A stretch of 64,000 nucleotides of DNA, from the IMG/VR virus record IMGVR_UViG_3300045988_110999; one strand, written 5' to 3'. The translations under genes and the position numbers were made by a program. This document shows positions 18,557 through 28,269 of this stretch, in pieces. The DNA is from a virus. The notes under the pieces were generated by a model. The model had not been told where the DNA came from. It saw only the letters and a list, made by a program, of their open reading frames with translations, and ran no database searches. Positions within the stretch are counted from its first letter, which is position 1. Each line of letters opens with the position of its first letter.

Positions 18557-20084
18557 AAGGACTCCCCTCTGAGTTACTTACAACTCCGTCAAATGTCCCT
18601 TGCCCCCATTTACTTCCGTGGCTCCAACCGCCACCTCCACCGGATGAGGTTCCTTCCGATGTCATCGCTACGTATTGCTGGACGATAATGGCGGCCCACA
18701 AATGCCATGCAATGATATCATCCGTTTCAAAGGTGAACGTCATCTCATCGGCTCTTATTTGTGTCTTGAACTCTTCCTTTTGTTTCTCTTTTGTCCAGTT
18801 CCAATCCCAAGACACGTCATTAACCGTTAGTTTAGCTGTGCCTGCATCATCACTATCTATAATGAGGTGGGAGCGGTATAACGTCATGATATTCAAATCA
18901 CCGAGGATAGCGGAAACGATTTTCTGATGAATCTTAGTTTCTTTACCACTTACTACATCGGTATGGTTGGAGAATGACAATTCAAAGAGTTCCTTCCCAC
19001 ATCCAACTAAGGTTTCTTCTTTACCTTCGGCTATCGTCTGAATAGGGCTAGGGAAAATCCACTTTGTAAATGCTCCTAATTGGTAATGGTACACATATAC
19101 TATAGGACCATTATTTGGATTGATAAATAATTGGTGTGTTCTTTGGCTTTTGAATAACCATGGCGACCCGGTGTCCTTCTTCATCTCTGGGTTCATAGCT
19201 TCCCCGATTTCTTGAGTTTTGAAGTTACCGTAAGTTTCCGTAGTCTGGAGGGAACGAAGTCCTTGCCGGGAGAAATAAACGACATCTTCCCCAAGGTTCG
19301 TCATGGCATCCCGGGAAATGAAGTCACTATCCGTACCTACCAAAGTTACATTCCAGTTTTCCGGTTCATTGGCTATTTTGTAGATACGACCATTAGCTTT
19401 GAAGGCGATCAACTCGGAAGCCAGAGGGTAAATCCCAGTCACAGCCGAAACGTCGCCTACATCCAAATCCTTCATAGCAGATGGGTCGTTGCTGTTCTCT
19501 GTCCAGTTTGTCGGGTCAAGGACGCCTGAATATTTAATATTGTTCGTGCTGGAGTGCGTAACCAGCAAACGGCTGAATCGTTCCATTACCGTATCACATA
19601 CCGGGTACTTATCAGATGTATTTATGCTTGTTCCACTGTATTCGTAACTTTGTAAAGTGCTGCCACTCGCAATTAGCAATTTTGTCCCGTTGGAATTCGT
19701 GAACCGTGCTAATTGAGGCTTGTGGGTCACGTCTCCGTTGATAGTGCCTATGAACGTTGGGATCTTTCCGAATTCGTAAGTGTACACACTTTTGTTCTTG
19801 AGGAAGATGAGGTAGTTATTCAGTCCATAATCATACCAGATATAAAGAATATCAGCCGGGAAGGTATAGATAGGGGAACCTAATCCTCGGCGGGAGATGA
19901 GGCGTTCCCCTTCTGAATCGAATTCCATATTCTCGATAACCTGAGCTCGGTTTTCTTTGGAATGAAGGAGCCAAGGGTCAGTGGCTACATCCATCCCTCC
20001 TACCAGAGAACCGATATCAAACTCCTTGACCCTTTTTGATTTTCCTACTTGTTTAGCTATTTTCTTCGCCCCCCATATACACAA
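18549..20084 (-). CDS. Hypothetical structural protein (511 aa); start uncertain
   Basis: Long ORF ending 'SSGGGGGWSHGSKWGQG'. The only track start is a TTG directly after a terminator, with no SD. Confidence 0.6.
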   Translation of the reverse strand: MCIWGAKKIAKQVGKSKRVKEFDIGSLVGGMDVATDPWLLHSKENRAQVIENMEFDSEGERLISRRGLGSPIYTFPADILYIWYDYGLNNYLIFLKNKSVYTYEFGKIPTFIGTINGDVTHKPQLARFTNSNGTKLLIASGSTLQSYEYSGTSINTSDKYPVCDTVMERFSRLLVTHSSTNNIKYSGVLDPTNWTENSNDPSAMKDLDVGDVSAVTGIYPLASELIAFKANGRIYKIANEPENWNVTLVGTDSDFISRDAMTNLGEDVVYFSRQGLRSLQTTETYGNFKTQEIGEAMNPEMKKDTGSPWLFKSQRTHQLFINPNNGPIVYVYHYQLGAFTKWIFPSPIQTIAEGKEETLVGCGKELFELSFSNHTDVVSGKETKIHQKIVSAILGDLNIMTLYRSHLIIDSDDAGTAKLTVNDVSWDWNWTKEKQKEEFKTQIRADEMTFTFETDDIIAWHLWAAIIVQQYVAMTSEGTSSGGGGGWSHGSKWGQGTFDGVVSNSEGSPYG

Positions 20085-20116
20085 AAATAGGCCGTTACTG
20101 TTTATCAGTAACGGCC
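20083..20116 (-). terminator. Rho-independent terminator
   Basis: Minus strand: GGCCGTTACTG-ATAAA-CAGTAACGGCC followed by TTTTT, just after the stop at 20124. Confidence 0.8.
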
Positions 20117-20123
20117 TAAAAGG

Positions 20124-20576
20124 TTAGATTTCGTGTGTGGCTAGATATGTCCTAATAACTTTGTCGTCCGGGGCGTCAGGGTCTTCAATATATGCTTTAG
20201 CTAATCCAACATACATCGCAATATTATCGCCAATAACTTCAAAATAATCGCTTCTAACCATGTTTAACACGTACCACCAGTCATATTCATTAGCGTTACA
20301 GCCGTACTGGTTACGCACTGCTAACGCACTCTCAAATGACCAAAACCCGCCGTGGCTTCCATCTACATTTGTCATTTCTTCCACGGCTTTCTTTGCAAGA
20401 CATTCACAAAAATGATTCCCGTACACTTCTTTGTGAAGCTTTAAATACATATCTTTGTATTCTTCGGGACAACATCTTTTAATTGACTTCTCAAAATGTT
20501 CCAAAACCTCAAAGATTATATCTTGCTTTTTGGGGTCATTCGCTACTTTTTTATAAAGCTTTGAAATTTCTCCCAT
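20124..20576 (-). CDS. Hypothetical protein (moron-like; has its own terminator)
   Basis: ORF with AAGGAGGAG SD; no motif recognised. Confidence 0.6.
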   Translation of the reverse strand: MGEISKLYKKVANDPKKQDIIFEVLEHFEKSIKRCCPEEYKDMYLKLHKEVYGNHFCECLAKKAVEEMTNVDGSHGGFWSFESALAVRNQYGCNANEYDWWYVLNMVRSDYFEVIGDNIAMYVGLAKAYIEDPDAPDDKVIRTYLATHEI

Positions 20577-20586
20577 AGGCTCCTCC

Positions 20587-21228
20587 TTACGTTGTAGCGG
20601 TTGTTGTCGCTGTTGCGAACGGGCTTGCTACAATATACGCAGGAACCGGGGCTTTAGGTGTTAAGGAATTAATAATTTGAGAAGACATAACCTGACGGTC
20701 ACGTTCCGCAAGTCTATCTCTCAAATCCTGAATTTGCATTGCTGTCTGTACGGCTCTGGTTGCCTGTCCGTCAGCCTGAATTGCAGATGTGATTGCACAA
20801 GTGTTCTTGTAGTTTTCAGCCTGTAGAGCGGCAATAGCTTTCTGTGTTTCGCAACAACATTGCTGTGCTTGGAAAGCGTTCTGAGCCAACTGCATCTGTA
20901 AATCCTTGGTGTTATTCTGAGTAATAAAACCATTACGTGCTAATTCCATCTGCATACTCTGGCTCTGTTGCCAACCATCTTTTTGGGAAGCAAACTGTTG
21001 GCTAATCAGCTGTCCGAAGTCGTTATCCAACTTGCCACTCAAGTTTGTGTAGAGGAAATCATTGGTGACTTGATTAAGTCCTGAATTGTTACCACCAAAG
21101 AATCCGTTTCCGCCCCACATCATCATTGCGAAAATTAGGAACACCCAAATAAAACTACCGTTTCCCCAACCGTTGTTGCCAGCGTTGACATCGTAGGTTA
21201 CGGGAATACCTGTTTCCATCATGCCCAT
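20587..21228 (-). CDS. Hypothetical membrane protein (Gly/Asn/Gln-rich, one TM, CCC motif)
   Basis: 'SFIWVFLIFAMMMWGG' TM; AAAGGAGGT SD. Confidence 0.6.
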   Translation of the reverse strand: MGMMETGIPVTYDVNAGNNGWGNGSFIWVFLIFAMMMWGGNGFFGGNNSGLNQVTNDFLYTNLSGKLDNDFGQLISQQFASQKDGWQQSQSMQMELARNGFITQNNTKDLQMQLAQNAFQAQQCCCETQKAIAALQAENYKNTCAITSAIQADGQATRAVQTAMQIQDLRDRLAERDRQVMSSQIINSLTPKAPVPAYIVASPFATATTTATT

Positions 21229-21266
21229 AAATGACCTCCTTTGGAATATATAAACATAAACCCAAC

Positions 21267-21497
21267 TTAGGGCTTATAACCGAACATCCCAAGGATTTGA
21301 TTGATGTCTATTCCTCTTTCTTTATACATATTTCTACAGATTGTTTCCAACTGTTGGGGAGTATTACCTTGTACCATCTGCCCAAACATTTTAGCTTGAG
21401 GATTGTTCCCCATCATTCCCAACATTCCCTGTACTGGGTTCTGACTGTGAGTTAGTTGGTTGAATACCTGCATCATCTGTTGTATTCCTTGTACCAT
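21267..21497 (-). CDS. Hypothetical small Q/M-rich protein
   Basis: ATG preceded by AAGGAGG at ideal spacing; start lies inside the 3' end of the upstream ORF. Confidence 0.55.
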   Translation of the reverse strand: MVQGIQQMMQVFNQLTHSQNPVQGMLGMMGNNPQAKMFGQMVQGNTPQQLETICRNMYKERGIDINQILGMFGYKP

Positions 21498-21801
21498 CTA
21501 ATCGACCTCCTTGTAAAAATTTTTCTATACGGCTAACCCTAGATTCGAGGTCATTATCTAAATTTTTAACTTCTTTTTTGTATACACCTATTTCACTTAA
21601 CCCCGTAGCTGGATTAAACCGCTTTGAATAAATGATGTCTTCTCTGGGATTATAAAAATAAAAGGTTTCTACCAAAGATGTAACTGGCAACGCTTTAACT
21701 TCGTCTATACCAGACACAATCTTAACCGTGGACCGGGTATCCATAGTTGGTTCCCAAGGATTACCATACATCTGTGGCGGAGTCCAGTACATAAACATCA
21801 T
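21391..21801 (-). CDS. Hypothetical protein
   Basis: ORF track; its 3' 107 nt overlap the next gene in another frame. Confidence 0.55.
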   Translation of the reverse strand: MMFMYWTPPQMYGNPWEPTMDTRSTVKIVSGIDEVKALPVTSLVETFYFYNPREDIIYSKRFNPATGLSEIGVYKKEVKNLDNDLESRVSRIEKFLQGGRLDGTRNTTDDAGIQPTNSQSEPSTGNVGNDGEQSSS

Positions 21802-21957
21802 CCTTTCTATAAATAAAAACTCCCAAATAGGAGCTAGTGCTTAACATACGAAATATTTCTTCGATTCAAACATTCGAGATTTCCCTCTTTACTAGATTAG
21901 TAGTAATAAGTAGTTTTACACATGCAGGCGTGGCAAAATGACAAACGAGTGGTAGTT

Positions 21958-22401
21958 TTATTCAATAATATACCAATCCTCAGAAAGTAAATCAGCCTGT
22001 GACGCAAGCCACCCAAGCTGCACACCAGATGTACCAACAAAAGCTATAGCTTTATTTCCCATGGATTCATGATTCACATTTACTATCTCTCCATTAGAAT
22101 TAATGTAACTTACATTGTTAGCTAGTTCGATATATTGACCTTTGCCATTCCAGCATTTTCTTGCACATTTTTTACCCTGTTTAATAGCTTCAATAGCTTG
22201 GCCAATAGTCATTTCATCACTTTTAGCCGACTCATATGTTTTTTCGAAAATATCCGGTTTGCATGGATACTGTTCTCCATTTACACCAGTGATAATATAA
22301 TCACCAATACTGGCTTTCATATCACCCTCAAGTGTGTGAATAATTTTTTCTTCTTTCGTCTGATATGCTTCAATTACAACCGGTTTCTTTCTAAATTTCA
22401 T
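21958..22401 (-). CDS. Fusion of an N4-gp49/Sf6-gp66-like (PGDYG) domain and a DUF2829 (Tad2-family) domain
   Basis: '[13 protein letters not shown]...[26 protein letters not shown]' then '[30 protein letters not shown]...[18 protein letters not shown]'. ATG at 22401 follows GGTAGGAG. Confidence 0.7.
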   Translation of the reverse strand: MKFRKKPVVIEAYQTKEEKIIHTLEGDMKASIGDYIITGVNGEQYPCKPDIFEKTYESAKSDEMTIGQAIEAIKQGKKCARKCWNGKGQYIELANNVSYINSNGEIVNVNHESMGNKAIAFVGTSGVQLGWLASQADLLSEDWYIIE

Positions 22402-22431
22402 AGTTATCACGCTCCTACCTTTTTTATTAAA

Positions 22432-23037
22432 TTATTGTTTTGCAATATCGACTTTTATCACATACTTCTTCCCGACGTTACTAGCCGAGAAAAAATCACG
22501 TAAATTGCCGCTATAGAGTGACTGTTCGCCAACAAATGCATTCCTGTAGCTCTGATAATACATGCCACTAAAATATATACTTCCTTTTTTATCCGTGTCG
22601 GTGTCTATTAGCGTGACATTAGCATTATAAGTTCCACTTGTTTCGCCGTCGATTTGCATAGCAAAATCGACATACTGGTTATAAAACTCAAAAGTTAGGA
22701 CGGTAACTGTTTTGCTGTTGTATGTAAATGTGCCGCTGATTGCTCCGAATTTTAAAGAACCGATATTGGAAAATCCGTACAGATCTGTGTACTTACCCAT
22801 CGTTAAGTAGACAGGTGGTATAATATTTGGTTGCCTTATAAAATATTTTTTTACACCGTTTTGCTTTATCCACAAGTCTGATGCATTAGCATCAGAACTT
22901 TCTCCGAGCATCGCATATCGAGTCACACCATCGGAGCATAAAACTGGGAACCAATCATACCCATATTCTTTTGTATCTACAAGTTTAATGTATTGTAAAC
23001 TACCATCCGCTTTCGTTACACTAATACATTTTGTCAT
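22432..23037 (-). CDS. Hypothetical protein downstream of the tail fibre (fibre accessory or receptor-binding?)
   Basis: ORF track; position only. Confidence 0.5.
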   Translation of the reverse strand: MTKCISVTKADGSLQYIKLVDTKEYGYDWFPVLCSDGVTRYAMLGESSDANASDLWIKQNGVKKYFIRQPNIIPPVYLTMGKYTDLYGFSNIGSLKFGAISGTFTYNSKTVTVLTFEFYNQYVDFAMQIDGETSGTYNANVTLIDTDTDKKGSIYFSGMYYQSYRNAFVGEQSLYSGNLRDFFSASNVGKKYVIKVDIAKQ

Positions 23038-23039
23038 TT

Positions 23040-24863
23040 TTAATCAACCCCAATCGTAACACTCCCGAACGAAATTGTATTCCCTGATACTGTAATAGCA
23101 GGGACATCTGTCTTTTTAGCATACTGTGATAAAGTTGCACTAACATCAGAGCTAGTCACGTAGTTGGATAATTCTGCTTTAATAACTTTATTCTGAACAG
23201 GATTTTCGGAGGTTGTGGACAATCTTGCGTCAACTTTAGGTATCTTTCCTTCTATTTCAGTCTTGGCTGTACTAACAGCAGTATTGACTTGTGCTTTGGT
23301 GTAGTAATTGCTGAAGTCTACTGTTTTTTCGTCAATCGCCTTTCTGACGCCATCCGATGTAACCGGGTTGGTACTACCGGCAGTAGGAATCTTATCAAAT
23401 GTAAGTTTGTCCTGTTTAGAGTTTATCTGGTTTTGGAATGATTGATGGATAGTAGAAGCGTCTGCTTTCTTATAGTACGTATCCGCAATAACATTACCTT
23501 CGCCGTCTTGGTCTGCCTGTATAGCGTGCGAAGTATCTCCAATCGTAGCTGTGGACTTTGTTCCATCTTTGTGAATAAAAGTAATTGTACCTCCAGAGTA
23601 GGTCGTATCAACTATTGCTTTTGCTACATCACTGTTCGTAGGGTAATTAGATAAATCAACGAAACCAGATAAGTTATCCCAAGTCTTGCCATTCCAGATA
23701 ACATTGTCCCCAGCTTTAATCTGATGGGCAACGTCGGCGTTTACGATATTCCAAACATCACCAGTGTTCATTCCCGTTAAAGGAAGGTCACTATAGTTAT
23801 CAACAGAACCGGAATATTTAGCAAACCCAGTGACTTTAGTTAATGCTGATTCTACTTCTTTCTGTATTTTCTTTGATTCTGTTAGAGCTTGTTTTGCATT
23901 TGTTTCACTAGTGGCTGCATGACCTTCTGATATGCCTGCGTTTGTTGCAGATGTGCTTGCAGACGTTGCCGATACAGAGGCGGAGTTCATACTTGCTTTT
24001 GCGTTTATTTCTGATTTAGCCGCATTTCTTTCGGAAGTTGCAGAAGCGGTTTTGCTTTCAAGGGCGGAGTCTTTATATTGCAATGCATTAGACTCTGAAT
24101 TTGCGGCATTGGTTTCGGAGGTCTTAGCCTTCTCTGCCGAGGTAGAAGCATTACTTGCGGAGGTAGAGGCTTCTGCGGCAAGTTTGCTTACTTCCTTAAA
24201 GCTATTACTTGCAGAAGTAGCCTGCGCCGTTGCAATACTGGCACTAGAACTAGCTCTTTGTGCGCTGTCTTTAGAGTTCAATGCCCACGACCGAGAACTC
24301 TGTGCCTGTCCGGTTGGGCTACTTGCATCGGTAATATTATCAGGTGATGTTGTGGACGATGCCCACGCTTCCGCAAGACTAGCAGAAACAAGGGAAAACC
24401 GTTCACTGTCACTAGCGTTTGTTTCAGATGTCTTTGCATTACTTGCACTCGTAGCAGAGGCGCTGGCACTAGCTTTGGCATTTGTTTCACTTACCTTGGC
24501 GGCTACTTTGGACTCATTTGCATTATTCGCATAAGTGGAGGCATTGGCTTCCGATGTTCTTGCATTTGTTTCAGAGGAAAGTGCTTTATCAGCATAATCC
24601 TTGGCATTGGCCTCTGAAATAGCCGCTTTCTTTGCTGATACAGACGCATTAGCAACGTAAGTAAGTTTAGTAACCTTTGTATTACCGTCATCAAAAGTAG
24701 TTACAGCGTTACCATCATCGTCCAAGGTAAAATCAGTGATAGATACGCCACGCCCCCCTTTTAGGCCGGTATTCAGTACAACCAGTTCTTTCTCTTTTGG
24801 AAGAATAACTTCAACCGTTTCTATTTGTCTCACCTCACCTATTCGATACAGACGGAGAAACAT
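23040..24863 (-). CDS. Tail fibre protein with a long Ser/Ala/Thr/Asn/Glu-rich repetitive shaft
   Basis: Repeated 'SETNA(K/S)xSAxxA' units, C-terminal globular part. Start is either ATG 24863 or GTG 24833. Confidence 0.7.
   Translation of the reverse strand: MFLRLYRIGEVRQIETVEVILPKEKELVVLNTGLKGGRGVSITDFTLDDDGNAVTTFDDGNTKVTKLTYVANASVSAKKAAISEANAKDYADKALSSETNARTSEANASTYANNANESKVAAKVSETNAKASASASATSASNAKTSETNASDSERFSLVSASLAEAWASSTTSPDNITDASSPTGQAQSSRSWALNSKDSAQRASSSASIATAQATSASNSFKEVSKLAAEASTSASNASTSAEKAKTSETNAANSESNALQYKDSALESKTASATSERNAAKSEINAKASMNSASVSATSASTSATNAGISEGHAATSETNAKQALTESKKIQKEVESALTKVTGFAKYSGSVDNYSDLPLTGMNTGDVWNIVNADVAHQIKAGDNVIWNGKTWDNLSGFVDLSNYPTNSDVAKAIVDTTYSGGTITFIHKDGTKSTATIGDTSHAIQADQDGEGNVIADTYYKKADASTIHQSFQNQINSKQDKLTFDKIPTAGSTNPVTSDGVRKAIDEKTVDFSNYYTKAQVNTAVSTAKTEIEGKIPKVDARLSTTSENPVQNKVIKAELSNYVTSSDVSATLSQYAKKTDVPAITVSGNTISFGSVTIGVD
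23900..24660 (-). repeat. Low-complexity coding repeat of the fibre shaft
   Basis: 'ASETNARTSEANASTYANNANESKVAAKVSETNAKASASASATSASNAKTSETNASDSE...'; it also generates long spurious antisense ORFs. Confidence 0.6.
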
Positions 24864-25224
24864 ATAAGTACCCGCAAAGGATTCTTTTTTCGAGTCCATC
24901 TGCATCTACTTCAAATACGTCATACGTGTACTTTGATAATTCCCCGTAATAAGCACCATCTAATTCTAAACTATCACTGTCATCTGATTTGAAATGGATT
25001 TCCACGATGCCGTTTACATTATCCATAATACGACAATCTGCTGTCATAGCCGGCGAATCATCGCCAGCTTCTTCTCTCACTTCACACCGGAACTTATACC
25101 CCGTTATGTTAATTGGCTGTTTATTAGCGTCGGTCCCGGTATATAATTTGAGCTGGAAAATAAAATCCTCACCCTGTGGAAGCACAAAATCATGGGTGGG
25201 GGTGGTTTGTTTTGCTTTCGCCAT
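24835..25224 (-). CDS. Hypothetical tail/baseplate-associated protein
   Basis: ORF track; overlaps the small upstream ORF in TAATG. Confidence 0.55.
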   Translation of the reverse strand: MAKAKQTTPTHDFVLPQGEDFIFQLKLYTGTDANKQPINITGYKFRCEVREEAGDDSPAMTADCRIMDNVNGIVEIHFKSDDSDSLELDGAYYGELSKYTYDVFEVDADGLEKRILCGYLYVSPSVSNR

Positions 25225-25355
25225 TATTCCTCCTTAACATATCCACGTTCTTTTAATATGGCGTCAATTCTATCCTTGTATTTGGGGAAGCGGGAAATAA
25301 CTTCGTTATATGTTAATTTGCCAAGAATAATTTGAAATGCTAAATATCTAGCCAC
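25224..25355 (-). CDS. Small hypothetical protein (43 aa, below the ORF-track cutoff)
   Basis: GTG 1 nt after the upstream TAG, behind GGGAGGTG. Reads 'ARYLAFQIILGKLTYNEVISRFPKYKDRIDAILKERGYVKEE'. Its stop overlaps the next ATG. Confidence 0.4.
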   Translation of the reverse strand: MARYLAFQIILGKLTYNEVISRFPKYKDRIDAILKERGYVKEE

Positions 25356-25356
25356 A

Positions 25357-25572
25357 CTATTCACCTCCCATAAGGATAGAGTTAACGGCATCATTTAATG
25401 CCGAAATTTGTTCCTGAGGGCTTGGGGTAGCATCTTCATATGGGTCTTTGTAGGTAATTAAATACCTGTCATCCGGGTGTTCGTCACGAGCCTGTTTAAT
25501 TAAATTATCTGCGTTAGCCCCTTCGTAAGAAGTAATTTTTACATTATCCGGATTGTAGACTACTAGAATCAT
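25357..25572 (-). CDS. Hypothetical protein
   Basis: ORF track; AGGAGGT SD. Confidence 0.6.
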   Translation of the reverse strand: MILVVYNPDNVKITSYEGANADNLIKQARDEHPDDRYLITYKDPYEDATPSPQEQISALNDAVNSILMGGE

Positions 25573-25581
25573 AAAAACCTC

Positions 25582-27798
25582 CTAACTAACTGTGTAATTT
25601 TGCGAAGCATTGTCGGTGACAAGGAACAAGGCTGTGCCATTTGCATCCAATACCTGCTCACTAGAGACGTTAACCGTAGCTGAGACTAAATCACAACTTA
25701 TATAAATTCTCCCTCTCCCCTCCTTTGCCTCTCCAAGAGAGTCGTATGTAGATTCTACTTTAATAGCATCATTAGGGGAAAAATTAAAAATTTGTGTAAA
25801 TTCCGCAGAAGTAGACAGCACCCCTACTATGAATCCAGACTCGTCAACGGATGAATTGATTAGTGAACCATTATCATATATCTTCGTTCTTATTCTTACA
25901 CTTGTTGTTCCCATATACTTGGAGCTTCTTGAATTTATCCTGTATCTTACCGTCATCCTATTCCCATTTGCTGGCGCCGTGAATGATGTTGAACCTACCG
26001 GATTTTTTATTACATCTACATTGGCATACCGAACTTGAAATTCCCCATTATAATAGGTTCTGTTATATGATAATAGCCCTTGCCCACCTTGGATACCACT
26101 ATAACACCTTACATAAAACCCTTCTTCCGTTACTTGGTCTGCATATGAATGTAAGGTAATTACAGATTGAGAGAAACTCTGACTACTAATAACCATAGAT
26201 AGTGGCGACACGATAACACTTGGAACGGTCGGCCATCTAGACCCAAACTTCACATACTGTCCATTTTTAGCAGTACCCATGATTGAACGAGTTACTACGT
26301 TGTAGCTAACCCCAGTAGAGTCAATAAAGACCATTCCGTTACCGTTGAATATGGTTTTGCCATCAGAACTATTAACGGAAAGTCCATTTTCGTCTAGTGT
26401 TACATTTCCCCCGACAATCTTTAAGGCACCAGCCATATCTATTTCATTAGCGGCTAATTTCTCTGCGGTAACGGCTCCAGATGTCAGTTTATCAGCAGTA
26501 ATAGCCCCTGCTCTAATAGTTTCAGCAGTAACAGCTCCAGACGCTATCCGGTCGGTAGTAATAGCTCCAGCTTCGATTTTATCCGTGGTAACAGAGTTGG
26601 AAGCTAATTCATTAGCAGTAACACATCCTGCGGCCAAGTTTTCGGTAGTAATCGTCCCGTCTTTAATTTTGGTACCGACAACCTCATGGTCTCCGATATA
26701 CTTACCTACGATAACTCCATCGTCGAATACCGTCTGTTCGGTAATATGAACAGCATCCGGAGGAATCTCTTCCAGAGTGCCGATGGTCTTTTCAGATGTC
26801 CATACGCCTTCACCAAAGCAGTCATAAAAACAGGCCTTGTAGGTATAGAAACCTGTTGAGCAGTAGTAATTAAACTTATCGTCCTTCGTGTAATGTTTCT
26901 TCCCATTAATAGAGATGCAGATGCCTTGGCAGTCCTCTGGAATCTGGGAATAGGTAAACTGCAACCCTTGGTAGGTGGATGTAGCAGTGATGCTCTGCGG
27001 GGCTGAGGGAACTGGTTTAGACCAAGGTTTAGATAATGGAGTAGAATACTTGCTCCCATACCCTTTGTTATACAGATAGGCTGTACCTTCACGAGTAGGG
27101 GGCATAACCGTCGATTTTGTATCCTGCGTGACTTCCAGAAGCCCTACCTTACTCCCTACATTGGTATCGGTACGAAGTTCGGCGTAAGCAGCATCCAGAT
27201 TCACCGGCTGTTTCCAAGTCCATAAGACACCATCTTTGTTGAAATAGACGTTGAACTCCAAGGGAGGGTCTGGGGAGTTGTTCATAGCACTGACTTCGTA
27301 CTGCAAAACCGGACATCCGCTCTTGCGTGACACGCTCCCAAAGGTATTCTTGGCCTGAAAAGTTATCTGATAGATATAACCGGCATTGATACCATCTACG
27401 GTTACGGTATCAGTCTTGGTCGTTCGTATCGTCCGCGACACCTCTACCTCGTCCCAGCTCTTGTGGTTAGCAATATTCCCTTTCGTCTCTTTAATATAGA
27501 TTTCGGCAGAGTCATAATTTTTTACGTTTGAGTAGTCCCACGTAAGGACAAAGGAAATATTAGTTCCTACCCGTACTTCCTGTATCTTGCAGTTTTGTAG
27601 CTGTTCGTCTATTTCTTCGGGAGCGTCCGTAACTGAGCTAGAAATTTTACTGATTTCCTCGAATTTGCTATCCAATTCTTCTTTCAAGTCGCCCAAAATG
27701 GTTTTTAGAAGGAAGATGAAATTCTGGCCGTTACCGTTAAGAGAGTTAGGGAGCTTTTTCCACGATTCCGCTAGTTTTTCAGATATCTTGTTTGCCAT
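25582..27798 (-). CDS. Tail protein / host-specificity protein with 10-aa tandem repeats
   Basis: 738 aa with AGGAGGGG SD. Central run 'AGAITTDRIASGAVTAETIRAGAITADKLTSGAVTAEKLA', as seen in phage tail/fibre proteins. Confidence 0.7.
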   Translation of the reverse strand: MANKISEKLAESWKKLPNSLNGNGQNFIFLLKTILGDLKEELDSKFEEISKISSSVTDAPEEIDEQLQNCKIQEVRVGTNISFVLTWDYSNVKNYDSAEIYIKETKGNIANHKSWDEVEVSRTIRTTKTDTVTVDGINAGYIYQITFQAKNTFGSVSRKSGCPVLQYEVSAMNNSPDPPLEFNVYFNKDGVLWTWKQPVNLDAAYAELRTDTNVGSKVGLLEVTQDTKSTVMPPTREGTAYLYNKGYGSKYSTPLSKPWSKPVPSAPQSITATSTYQGLQFTYSQIPEDCQGICISINGKKHYTKDDKFNYYCSTGFYTYKACFYDCFGEGVWTSEKTIGTLEEIPPDAVHITEQTVFDDGVIVGKYIGDHEVVGTKIKDGTITTENLAAGCVTANELASNSVTTDKIEAGAITTDRIASGAVTAETIRAGAITADKLTSGAVTAEKLAANEIDMAGALKIVGGNVTLDENGLSVNSSDGKTIFNGNGMVFIDSTGVSYNVVTRSIMGTAKNGQYVKFGSRWPTVPSVIVSPLSMVISSQSFSQSVITLHSYADQVTEEGFYVRCYSGIQGGQGLLSYNRTYYNGEFQVRYANVDVIKNPVGSTSFTAPANGNRMTVRYRINSRSSKYMGTTSVRIRTKIYDNGSLINSSVDESGFIVGVLSTSAEFTQIFNFSPNDAIKVESTYDSLGEAKEGRGRIYISCDLVSATVNVSSEQVLDANGTALFLVTDNASQNYTVS
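26441..26640 (-). repeat. About six tandem 30-nt (10-aa) coding repeats, xGA(I/V)T(A/T)(D/E)x(I/L)x
   Basis: Periodic GCAGTAA(C/T)AGC... units visible on the + strand; coordinates approximate. Confidence 0.6.
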
Positions 27799-27807
27799 CT
27801 ACCCCTC

Positions 27808-28269
27808 CTATTTGATAAGTTGTACAATAGCTTGAGCAAAGTCTGATTCTGTTTGCATATCGAAACCGTGATTACTCATTGCAAGCACAATCATAATCTG
27901 AGTAGCTAAGTCAAGCAACCCCCAATTTTCAAGAGGAATATTACTGTTTTCATTCTCTAAAAGAGGTGGTTCTTTATAGTACCGAAGGGTCTGTGGTAAA
28001 GAGCCATAACATTTTAACTTCTTATCTTGAATGATGACCGGGGCCTGATTAGTTATTTTATACAGGTCATCAGGTATAGGAGTCTCTGCCGCCGTTAAGG
28101 TGATGTCTCCTAGCACTTCGTAATACTTGTGAGCAATGAGTACGTGCCAGACAAAGTTCACGGCGTCGTTCAGATAGGCCACCAGCTCATCCATGTTATA
28201 GCCGGTCTCTAAGCTGTCACTGAGACGTTCTTGCACCGCCGCCTGACTGAGTAGTTCTTTGACTGTCAT
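27808..28269 (-). CDS. Neck/head-tail connector family paralogue
   Basis: ATG 28269 ('MTVKELLSQ...') aligns with the 'MTVNDMLVL...' start of the upstream paralogue; AAAGGGGG SD. Confidence 0.6.
   Translation of the reverse strand: MTVKELLSQAAVQERLSDSLETGYNMDELVAYLNDAVNFVWHVLIAHKYYEVLGDITLTAAETPIPDDLYKITNQAPVIIQDKKLKCYGSLPQTLRYYKEPPLLENENSNIPLENWGLLDLATQIMIVLAMSNHGFDMQTESDFAQAIVQLIK

Noticed and set aside
21391-21497. Programmed frameshift between ORFs 21391..21801 and 21267..21497 (107-nt overlap)
   Set aside because: The downstream ORF has its own strong AAGGAGG plus ATG, and no slippery heptamer is present at the overlap. An ordinary overlapping-gene arrangement is sufficient.
23932-24534. 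200-aa plus-strand ORF and other antisense ORFs within the tail-fibre gene
   Set aside because: These are artefacts of the Ser/Ala/Thr-rich repeat (GCN/TCN codons read open on the opposite strand). The fibre frame is far longer and sits in operon context.
28217-28269. 53-nt overlap between two neck-protein paralogues as a possible frameshift site
   Set aside because: The downstream paralogue starts with the same 'MTV' N-terminus as its neighbour, behind an SD. The upstream tail is just read-through to the next available stop.
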